DNA of 64,000 nt, taken from the NCBI GenBank assembly GCA_973851085.1, contig OZ316776.1, positions 8,370,001 to 8,434,000 on the forward strand, in the 5' to 3' direction. Numbering within the stretch: the first letter of the stretch is position 1; every line of letters starts with the position of its first letter. This document shows, piece by piece, positions 49,809 to 64,000 of the stretch. The notes beneath the pieces were generated by a model. That model saw nothing but the letters and a program-made list of their open reading frames with translations, had not been told where the DNA came from and did no database searches. The position numbers and the translations under genes were made by a program. Source of the stretch: Ptychomitrium polyphyllum. Taxonomy: Eukaryota.

Positions 49809-52800
49809 CACCTTGATTAGATGCTGGCCACATCAATTGGAGTTCAGGACCTCAGTGAGGACAAACCACAATCAGCATATTGGAATGAAAACTTCATTCC
49901 AATGTTCCAGCTTTGGAATCATCACCCCATCCTGACTTAAGCAGTATATCTTGTTTGCATATGCTAAAGTAGAATTTCAGATGTGCCATCACTAATGGTG
50001 CATTGGTCATGCAACTTGTCCTAAATCATGCTCCAACTTTGGTAAGAGGACCTTTGGATTTATTTATAACAAGGTACACTTGGCATCTTATTCCTATGGA
50101 TAATTTTCTACAAGCCATGAGCATTTTGCCCCTCATTCCATCACTAACCTTAGACAATCTGCAATGAAGGCAGCACATTGGAGCTGACGAATTAAATAAT
50201 TTCCATTTGCAAAGTCAGTTCCCTACAACTTCAGAATCTTTACACCAAATGTTTTCCACCTTTTGGATTTTTATGTGCTTGTGTTATGTGATTCATGTGA
50301 TTCATTTAAGAGCCATTTCATATGAATTAAAAAATATGAACTTTTGATATTTTGGTATATCTATGAAGAATGCTTAGAAGGTTACCGTCAATCCCTTTGC
50401 AACCATTTCACAAGGTTTGGATAATTTCTTGGCTGGCACGGTGTAGATAAAATTGCCTTCATAGAAGAGTTTTGGAACTTGTCTCTTGTTGAATGAATAT
50501 TTTTAATCTGTAGATTTCAAATGAATTGGTCTACAATGGGTGAAAAGTTGTGATTTCGGAATTCGGAATTTGTGCTCCAATCATAAACACAAATAAGGTT
50601 TACAACGAGGTGAAATCATGTTTGAGCTTTCATTCCCATTAACTCTAATGACAAATGAAAGATTTAAAACTTCTGTTGTTGTTTGATTGCTATCATTTCG
50701 TATTAAGTTGAATGTAATCTGAATAATAGATAAAGTGGCACATTAACACGAGTGTGTGTAATCGAATGGAATACCATACATGATGATGTTAAAACTTAGT
50801 AATTTTACATTGAATAATTGCCATGTTGAAACATACTATAGCTTATTATAATACGTTGAAATCTCACTACAGTAGCCTTTTCGGAGTTAGATATTACCAT
50901 CTCAGAATATCCATTCGAGCATATCTTAGTCACTTCAACATATTACTTCCCAGTGTCCCCTCTATTCTTGTCATAAAATTGCATGTTCTGACAGCGAAGT
51001 TTATACGAAATTCACCAACAAATTCCTGGTCAAAGTTGGCAAGCTTAGAACCAGCCTACAATAATACTCCCCATTAATCTATTCAACAAGGTAGAACTCA
51101 CATGTCCTGTTTTCACGTCTCCATAGTCCATACACAAATGGTCGATGCTTCCAGGTACCGATTACGGCTTCACCATCAGCTCGTGTGAATAGCGCCGGAT
51201 GAACCAATCAAACAACAACAAAGTTGTGTTATCATTAAACTTGTGAACAATAATAAGGAGAACCTCTACGAAATAACTTTAACATTTCGGTCTTTTCAGG
51301 AAATTATCACTACTCGGCCCTCTTGATAGGTATATTCCCCCTTAGCCAGGGCGGCCAGTGACCGTCGAAATCGAGAGAGAATCGACGGTCAAGGATCCAT
51401 ACGCAATGGATGTCGGGGCGATGGCAGACATGGATACTAGCGACGTCGTCGTCGTCGTTGATGCACTGTGTTGATGCACTGTTGGGTCACTGGTGGGATT
51501 CTTCGCGGTGTCTTTTTTTTACAGGTATTGTGGGGCTTCGGCTGAGGCCAGTCCGGCCCTCCGGAACCTCGACGATCACTACAAGTGTGACCTGGAGTCC
51601 ATTCACTTGACTGCACTCGTCTGTAATCCCAGTCCCTCATCAGCACCGCCGTGATGTCCAGCTCGCCAGCAGCATCATCATTTATCGGGAACTGCGTCCC
51701 CGGCGAGTACTCTGATCGGAATCACCAGGCAGCGTGATTATACACGGACCGCACCCTTGCAGAGCTCTTGTTTCTGGGCATGCACTGTTGAGAGCAGGTT
51801 TTGTTCGAGAAGGCAAGCTTGGTGCTTCTGAAGTCGACGTCCGTTGAACTCGTTTCTCAGTTCCTGAGCTCTTCTAATTTAGTCCCTTTCAGAATCTTTT
51901 AGTTAGTTTCAGTCTCTTTTAGTCCCTGTTAGTGATAGGGTGACCTTCTTGTCGCCTGCTTGAGGGGTGTTCATCATTCATCTTGCCAGCTTTTGTCGGA
52001 CTACAACAATCAGAAGGTAGTGGTACTAGTTTCTTGTGGACGCCCTTTTTGAAGGAAGCAATCTTGCTTTGACTCATAGCAGAGTAGTACAAATAACTGC
52101 AGTTGCGGTAGAACTGAATCGCCTGTCGTTGAATTCTCAAGAGTGGGCGGTCGTAGGCACTTTGAACACTTGAAGGTCAAGTCACATGTAGCGGTGCACT
52201 AAGTTGCTCTAGTAGTGTGCTAGTTGATCCCTAGCTTTTGATTGATTACCTGCTGGAGTGACGTGATTCGTTTTCTGCTGCGTGTTCCTGGAAGAGGAGC
52301 GAGGGTACAATCAGTGGGGCATAGAGGAAGTGGGTATTGGTGAATGAGGAGGGTGGGGCGGTGGTTTCCAAGATCGATCGAGTAGCACACTTTCAGAGCT
52401 TTGGGATCCAGCACTAGCCCGGGGGGCAGCAGCCATTTAGGTCTCATTCTGACTAGCTGTTGACTGAACGTGAGTTATGTGTGGAAGAGCTGGTGTCGTA
52501 GGGCAGGGACAGCGAAGCTGATGAGGTGAGTTTCTGCCAACATGCGAGCTAACTGTGGACCCCGTTGTGAGACCGTGCTCAAGGCGACGGTTCGCCCACA
52601 AGACTGCTGCTTCCGCCATTATTTGTTCAAGACCTTGGTTGTGTTGTTGTAGCAGCGCCATCACTTGTCAGTCGGACTTTAGGTGAGTCTATCTCCTTGC
52701 CATAGCTCAGACATTCACAACAAGCCTTATGTGAAGGCACTCAGTGAAACCTTGCAGAAAATGAGCCTTTCATACTTTCTTCCAGTTTTAGGTGGTTATC

Positions 52801-53424
52801 CTGCTTCCAGTGACTGAATTGTATTACATTCAACATTCCTTTTTGTGAAAGTGCATAGAGTTTAGGCGATTCTCACAGCACTTCCTAATTAAATCCATAT
52901 TATCATCAGAGAACAATATGAAAAGAGCAGTGAAAAGTGCGCCTTGGTTCTTTGACAATAGCCGATTTGATTCAAAGCAGAGCTAAAGTGTGACAATGAT
53001 TGTTCTTTCAATTCAACGGCCTTCAGAGATCTCATGTGAGTGTTAAATGAGCATCGCTTTCTCGAGCAAATGGGTGCGTCCCTACAACTGCTAAAGCAAG
53101 AATGTTGTGGTAAGAGGTAAAAGAAGGGAGGGCTTTAATGATTTTAAAATGGTTCGAACCTCGCAGGTACTGTCATTCAAGGAACGTCGTCCTTCAAAAG
53201 CTTGTTGAAGTGCACTATTGGGGTAATTGGGGTGGTTCATCGATGGCGAATCTTCTGCAACTGGGGTGGATTAAGTGGACTAGAATAACACTTACTGGCG
53301 AAAGGAAAAATTGGTAGAGAGGCGGTGACTACGAAGGACAGGCTTAAATTGGTTTACTGTTCGGTAGAGTCACTGGCTTTGTAAATCTGACCAAACCAAT
53401 TCTGAGAATTTAACATTTTTGTAC

Positions 53425-56144
<2,720 letters not shown>

Positions 56145-59100
56145 TGGACTATCATACCCATAGTCCTGCAAGGCCAGTAGATTAGAGAACACAGCAACAA
56201 GTGCTTAATTCCCAGCCGGTACATAACAACTGTGTTAACAGTTCGCTGTAAGAGAGAACTCATCACAAGATCTTACAATGGACCAAGCTCGTCTTGCTAT
56301 ACACTTTCCAATCTCTACTAAATCTAAACTCTCGAGTATACTTTAGATCATGCCATACATGGGAAAATTTGATGTCTGCTGTTGTGAGGTGTAAGATCTC
56401 TGGTTTTCTACTGGATGTCATTCTTGAAAATTGAATAAAAATGTGGCTTTTTGTATACACGAATTTCAATCAGAAAGAGATCTATTGAAATTTGTTGTCA
56501 AGCTGTGAATGTCTTTAAAGTTCGAATACAATCACGTGTACACAGTGATATGAATTTGCAAGTCTAGCAAGTGTTTTATTCCAAACCTTTAGGACAACAC
56601 TCCAGTCATGTCTGAAGTAAAATATGGCTGCCATAATTTTAATACGTATTTCCTTGCAGGAAATCCCTGAGAGTTGTGCTGATGGCCTAAGATTTTTTCT
56701 ATCAGATATTTGCAAATCGGAATTTTGTCAAAGGCAAAGGTTCACGTAGCCAAGCGATTTAGGGGTTAGTTGCAGTATTTGGGTTGTGTTTACTTATTTG
56801 GGTACCCAAATCATTTATGATTTTACTTGGAAGCTAAGCTGAAACACGGACGAGGACAATCATCTTTCAAAACAACAACATTTGTCCCAAAGTCAGGCTT
56901 TTGTTTAAAGCTGTGTGCCTTGACTTTATACATGCATGTTGTCTTCAAGTTTGAATACCACTAGTTATGGATTCTAAAACACAAAGTTCAACAATCTCAA
57001 CCGTGTAGACGCCCATTAGGATAGGCAAACCCGCGGTAATAATCCTATAAGAACCCAGAAAATAAAAAGATCTAAGATTAAACCCGTAGCAGTGAGGCCC
57101 AAGTAAGACTTGGATCATTTTACTCCCAACCGACCAGGTGAAAGGCTTCACTAATGCAAGCTGATAGCTTGGACCAGCTATACTTTTGAATACGTATGGT
57201 GCTCCCTGTAGTGAACCTACTGAGTACATGCCCGGCTATTCGCACCTGGATCAAAACCTTCATTATGTACTATAACAAAAACTGTTCCTATCAAATTGTG
57301 GTATAGGTACTATTCATTTCTGTGGTGAATGACTTAGAGACCGCTTCCATTAGAGATCTGCCCGACTAGCAGGATGGGCTGAAGATCTAGACTGGGGGGG
57401 TCCACCTTTCCCAATATATAAGGGCCTGTTTAGGGATACGAAGCATGTTATCATGTAGGGTGTCTTTCTACTTTGGCATAAATTTATCGTTTGATAAATT
57501 CAGAGAATCCATGTCTAGTTTGTGGACGAAGTAGAATGATTCTGTACGTAAATACAGCCTCTCAGAATGTTATGTGAGATGTTGGACTTAGGATTTGGGA
57601 ACTAGACTCAGCTGATGATTCAGCTGTCTTACACGAGCTTAACATACCTTTCGCGAAAAAATTCTACAGCCGAAACGGAAGCGTTAATCATTTGAGGGCT
57701 GCAGTACTTGGTTATATGATGGTGACAGGGAGAGCTCTCAGTAACTTCCTTTCACTTTGAATCTGTTCAAATTGCGTTTACAGTAACACTTGACCAATAA
57801 GTTATCTTGCAACTTTGTATACACGTGACTCAACAACCGCACAACCTTGGCCCACATAGCCTGATGGTCTTGATCACAAACACACATTTCCGTGCAATTA
57901 CTCCAGAGTGCAAAAAAGCATGCTTTGACTGAAATATTGTGGATTTCCTCGAAAGGAATATAGGTTGTACTCAATGCAACAACAACTTCGTAACTTGCTG
58001 TATGCTCAAGTAATTGCACGGACCTGAATACATGCCAAGAACATGTGTGCTTGGTCAGTAAGATGTCTGAAAACGAAACTGCGATCCGAAGTTCTCAAGC
58101 AATGGCTGCCTGTGCCCTTCCTGTAAAAGTGGTTTGCGGTTCATATCAGAAAATTTTGTAAAGAATTGAATATAGCTAGTGGGGTAATAGACAGACCGGC
58201 AACCTCAAAATTTCATTATTCACCATTCAATGCCGTCTGCCTCATGGAGCGCTTTGTCTGCACAAAATTGTGCTTAGTATGAACCAACTTAATATCTTCA
58301 TGCACATGTCATCACGACCAGGTTTTTGGTCCCCAATCTCTATTAACCAAAGAGACTTAATGCCAAAGAATCCAGCTCAAAAATCAATCCCACACTACAT
58401 CAGTTGGAGTGGGCCCAGGGCACCTTAAAATCTACCGTAATCATATTTATTGTATTTTAAGGCAGAACTAGTCCACGCCACCACAGCATGAATCTGGTCT
58501 AAATTTAGCCCAAGTCAATCTCAGGCAACACCGAATGAACACTTGCCAGTGGTTCAGTACCTTCCATGTGAAGTTCCCTCCAATCTCCGAAGCATCCGAT
58601 GCAATGCTTTGAACAAGGAACCGACGTGCGTAAGGAAAAGCAGTAGTGTACAGAAGCGCCGAAGCTGCTCCGTGCTGAAAATGATTCCTTTCATGTGAGC
58701 CAAAATGAGTAGAAAGAACGGTTCAAACGAGAGCCACCGAAGCTGCACGTACAGGTGCTAACATCACACAGTCGCTCCAAAGGGCAGCTATCTGGGGCCC
58801 GACGAGGAGCCAGTTGCAGTGAATCAAGATCATCTCTTGATGAATTCAAGATTACCTCTGTGTGCAAAGGCATTTGGACTCAGCTACCTGCCTGGGTACC
58901 TGCCGTCGTTGGGTCACTAGTACATGATGTTACCGGTACTTTCAGAGGACGTCACACAAAGTGGAGCCCTCAGTCAAGCTAGCGATGTTGCTTTGACAGG
59001 CGTGAACTTCTTTGCAGAGCTCGCTCTAGTAGTGAATCTCTACATTGCGATGAAACGTGGTGGTTGATTTTATGAAAGACTCAATTCTCTTTGCTGACTC

Positions 59101-59491
59101 TTCTATCAGAAATCGATGGCAGAGTTTTCTTCGTCGGTTGGAGTTCGAGGGGGTGGAATATACACGTTCTTCAGGTTGAGTAGTAGTGGCGCTGGAAGTG
59201 GTGTGCGTGAAGGAGATGATAAAGCTCGGTCGAGCGACGTGCCGTTAGTGAATCTGCGAAGGCCTCGGTGCATTTGTATGATTGAAAGCGTGTACTGAGA
59301 TTGAGCTGACGCTTGTGCGTGCACCGATCATCTCTGATTGTTCCAAATCACGAGTTCACTCGTCGATTGAAGAATCGACAATCAGTAATCGGCTCTCCAG
59401 GAGGTCAAGATAAGTGTTGAACCTAGACGTTCCGAGTCCGGGGTCTGTCAAGCAACAGATATGTACAACTGAATTGTCTCTGAGTGCCAGT

Positions 59492-62400
59492 ATGGGATTT
59501 GCAGGTGTAGTATTGGTGTCTCTATTGACTGTATTTTTCCAAGCGCAACCTGTGCATAGCTATGACAATCACAGAAGGAACCTGGGGGTGGCCTCTGGTG
59601 TCCACTTTCCTGTCGACGCACTTGGTGACAGCGTAATTGGCGGTTGGAAGTTTGGTAAGCACTTTCAAACACACTCCAAATACCTTCCTGTTTGTTGAAC
59701 CGCATGAATTGTGTCCGAAACTTCGGCGAATCGAGGCTCAATCTGCCGCTGTAAGAAACATCAGAGTAATTCAATTACGGTCGAGCACTTGAATACACTG
59801 CGCCTGGCTTCCTTCGTTCATATCACAAACTGCAGAACAAGGAATGGTAGCGAAAGCGGAGCAAAAGTCATAAGTACCAAAGTCATGAAAGCAACGAACT
59901 ACCAATATGCTTTTGGGCAGGCAATCACTGAATTCTATTGAGTTTTTCAAGAATTCACAAACTTGAAGAATTGCACTGAAGTTACAAGAGGACTGTCGCC
60001 ACGGTTGCCGCGGCCATCAAGTTTGAGATTTGAGGGGAAGCATAGATCTTCATTTAACAATAGGACTTACTATTAAAGTGGTTGATTGAGTACCGTAGCT
60101 TGAGGTTTGATATGAATTGTTGACTTAAATTGGCAGCCTACGGAAGAGCATTATTGGCAACCAATACTTCGGCATCGAATTTCAGGCCATTGGCTGCAAG
60201 GGACGACCGTCTCGACCCATTTAATCACTTCAACCATTACCGCAAGGGGTACGACATCAAGAGCAAGCATTACTGGGGGGTAAGCTGATAGTCATACAAT
60301 GGCTTGATAGTTTGGGAACATAAAATCTCTTTGTACAACATGGCCACCTTTTCTACGAACAACTTCACATGATCTCGTTTGGAGAATCTGGTTCTGATGA
60401 TTCCTGGAGCCATAACCGAAGCGCTTCTCGCATGTCTTCTTGCTCTGTTTAACTTTAGCAGAGCATTCAATTTTGCGTGAGAAGTCGCTTACCTTGTGTA
60501 TCGATTGCTTCGAGGATTAGTCACGAATTCATCGACTTAGGCTTGACCGTGGGATGACAGTCAGTGGCGTTTACAGGAATCTCTGGGTACGCAATTGCGG
60601 CCGCATGGCTGGTGTTGGGGCTGCTCATACTCCTTCTCGCTTGCTGCAAATGCCTCTGCGGGCCGAGCTCACGTTCCAAGCGGTCTCGCTCGAACACTTA
60701 CTTCTGGGCCCCGCGTGTCATCGTCTTCCTCCTCTCCACCGTTGCAATGTAAGCTAGTTCCTTGCAGTTGTCTTAGGTTTTTCTATTCGACCAATATTTA
60801 GGGTTTTCTGAGTTCATAGCCAAACACTACAGAGGTTTCTATTGTGAACTGTAGAGGTGACGAGTATGCGGACGGTGGCTTTTGGGGGTTTTTTTGCAGT
60901 GGCTGCAGCGTGGTGTTGTTCATCGCCTGCAAGAAGTTCACTTCTCAGGCGTACAACGTAGAGGACGTGCTTGTAGAAGCAGCTCACAACGCAACGGATG
61001 ACATCCACAGTGTCACCGCCACACTGGACAATGTGAAGGAGATTGTCTTGCCTTACAACCGAGAGTTGTATCGGACGTTGAACTCGACGGAGAAGAAGCT
61101 CAACAGCCTCGCCGTTGTTGTGAATGAGAAAGTTTTTGTCAACAAGAAGACTTATCAGAAGGTCTTCAAAATTATGTGAGTTCTCCTCCTTCTCTCTTCA
61201 CGTCCATTGTCACGATGAAGCAACGTTCAATATACCTTCAGATGCGGTTTTATTTGACATTGTTGGTGGGGTATGTTTTTTCGTGCAGAGAGATTGTGTT
61301 ACTTGTGGTGACGTCGTTGAATCTGCTACTGATCATTCTTGGATTCGGTATGGTGCTCGTCACCCTTTCTATTAACCTTCTTATTTTTCTTAAAAGATGA
61401 CGAACATCGTTACAGAATTGATGAAATTTGTGATGAAAGAAGCGGACTAAGTTTAGAATGAGCTTCACATTTATTGAATGATTCGAAGGTAAACGGTTTC
61501 ATGATAAATGTTTTGAAGTGAGCGTTATGCAAGGGATGGCTTAATCTTGGACGTTCAACATGGTAGAGATATAGAGAACTAACTCATTTTCTTTGAATAT
61601 TGGGTGTCTTTGGGTGCACAGCATCAACATTTCTAAGGTGGAGGCGCTTCTTCTACTTGTAAGTTGAAAGACTTATTGTAAATAATTCAATGTACTACAT
61701 GCAATACCAGGGCACTTCAAATTCGTCCTGTATGCTTTTACAGAGTTGATTGGAGTCGATCGGTCTCTGAAAGGATTTGCTGGTTGTGCAGCATTATCGT
61801 AGTCACATGGATTTTCACCACCTTGACTTGGGTCATGTTTGGGTTCTTCCTCGCTGTTCATTAGTGAGTTCGCTTAACCTTTACTTTTGAGCTCATTGCG
61901 TGTACTTCCTCTTAACTAAACATTTAGAAATTTAGAGGAGCTTGCTGAAAAACCATTAGACCCAGTTACGTTAGAAGTTATAGGAGTAATTTTGGCAGTC
62001 AAAATGGAGTACTCATTAGGGAGTTTTTTGTTGGATGTCAGTTTGGCAGACGACACCTGCTTATCTTTCAAACAGTATCTTCAAGAACCCCGAAACACTA
62101 CGCTTGATGACCTACTTCCTTGCATGGACTTGGCTTCATCGTCCACGCAATATAAGCAAGTGCGGATGGCCATGAAGGATGTCATTGCTTCGGTAAAGAC
62201 TTCTTCAAACCTCTTGTGTCTTCTTTTACTTTGTTCTTTTATCTACAATCTGAATGTTCGACTATGAGAAACCATACCAACACCCTTGAGCTCTTTTTAG
62301 AGAAATATTACAAACACTGATATGAGCAATTTGAGGTCTCCGCTGGATACAATTTGAGATCTCTACCACATTCAACTCGAATCTCTGGTATAATGCCGGG

Positions 62401-63279
62401 TATTAATGCAATGCAGGCGACTGAGCAATTCTTAGCTTACACCAATGGTTCCACCCCGTTGGTAGGGGTTTGTGATCCAATAGATCCAGCTCCCGACTAC
62501 AATTACACTGGCATCTGCGCAAATGATACACTTCCAATTGGTGAACTAGCTAATGTAAGTGATTGATTCCTTTTCAGATACGTATCTCTTTTTGCTTTTG
62601 TGACTTTCCTGTTTAAACGGTCTTAAAAAGCACTTGGGCAGAAGAATTCTCCTCGCTACTCACAGCAGACTCCTTGTCTGCAGCTTGTTCAGCCTTTTGT
62701 GTGCAACGGCACTCGAACTGTTTGCTTAGCGAGCCAGCCATACTATATCAATCAAACTACTTATAACTACATCCTCGCAATAACTAGAGGTAAGCACTGA
62801 TGACCTCATTTTCTTGATTGAGCAAATTCTCGACACCTCTCAAGCAAGGTTTCCTCATTGTTTGTTCTGAATAAAATGCATGGAGAGGTTTCAGAAAAAT
62901 GCGAAAAATTTAGTCCAGTCTAAGGGTTTAAGATTGGAGCGAATTGCAGGCATGGGTTGCATCTTTCTCATCCACACTCATTGCTCTGGTCGCAGCTTCT
63001 CAAAGCACTTTGAATGCTTTTCCACTGATGGACCGACTCACTAACTGCTCCCTGGTGACAAATCCAATCAGCACCATGGTGAATGTACGCTGTGGCCCTG
63101 CAAAAATCGCCATCAACCGTATCTGGATCTCGTTTGCCGTCTTGTCCTCCATCATGATCCTTCTCATCATCTTCTGGTGTCTAGCGAACACGGCACAACG
63201 GTACATTTCCAGCATCACCCCCCAGTCTGAGCTGCAACCTCTCGACGCCAGGCCACCATACAGTGTCATGCAGAAGTGA
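59492..63279 (+). CDS. Multi-pass membrane protein of the plant Tweety-like family, about 11 exons
   Basis: Signal peptide, RLDPFNHFNHYRKGYDIKSKHYWGSVAFTG, several TM helices, DTCLSFKQY..TLDDLLPC, a Cys-rich loop, LTNCSLV..RCGP and a final TM. Consistent GT-AG exons. Confidence 0.82.
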
Positions 63280-64000
63280 ATCAATACATCACGCCAGATT
63301 ACGAATCAATCTCCGCAACTGTTATCTCCGACCTGGAAAAAATCAAGCTTATGGCCTGATACTGCAAGCTGAACCGAACTGGAGGGGTGGCCGCACACAA
63401 GGAGCGCAGAATTCGTCATGTCCACTTTGCGTTCAATATCCAGCTGATACTCCGATGATGTTTGGGTGATATCAAGGTGATACTCAGATATGTATCGTGT
63501 AAAGTGGACGACGTTACGACGTTGTCAGCGGGCCTGAGTCAGCATGTTGCAGAATTAGCGTGCCGCCACGTGCAGGTACCCAGCTGCAGGAGAAGGGCAC
63601 TCTGTTTGGATTTTATTTAACCTGCCGAAACCAAGTATGATCTTTGTATGAAGAACTACTTGTTATAACAACAGATTCCTTTTTTCTTTTTTTCTGAGTG
63701 AAACAATAAGGCAGCTTTATCCTTTTTGTTAGGATCCCATTAAGCAAGGTGCATATTTCATAGTGAGGGAGCAAATTGTCCACCACCATGGTTGCACAGT
63801 GGCGCTTTTATTGCCTAGTGCATTAAGATTTTATGTAACATTGTTTAGTCCATTATTCTAAGGCATGTGCTACTAGTCCTAGGAAGAAACAATCATTTGT
63901 TTTTTAAATTTAACAAATCATATATATTTTAAATTAGCAAAATCTTGTGATACATAAAAGTTCCTTTGATGTGTTACTCCTTCTATTATTTGAAGATTTT

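Overview
Eukaryotic nuclear DNA with GT-AG introns, most consistent with a moss or other bryophyte (inferred from a spliced nuclear murG, moss-style F-box remnants and AT-rich decayed intergenic DNA). Apparently intact genes: HPPD, HHL1, plastid MurG, a dirigent-family protein, a RING+PHD protein, a microbial-type metallo-beta-lactamase-fold hydrolase head-to-head with CRIPT, an organellar 5'-3' exonuclease (OEX2-like), a GRIK/SnAK kinase and a Tweety-like membrane protein. Decayed genes: an orphan ORF broken by two in-frame stops, an F-box gene, a GH32 invertase and an RPS29. A 3.2-kb LTR element with a 5-bp TSD carries Copia-type gag plus a Ty3/gypsy gag-RT-RNaseH remnant. The most unusual signal is that the region upstream of the RING-PHD CDS is a patchwork. 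About 290 bp is colinear with HHL1 intron 1 (22.7 kb away), followed by 49 bp matching CRIPT intron 2 (6.7 kb away), where a single base difference creates a splice acceptor. Similar short local copies occur upstream of murG and the F-box pseudogene. Family assignments come from recalled motifs, not database searches, and exon coordinates were read by hand.
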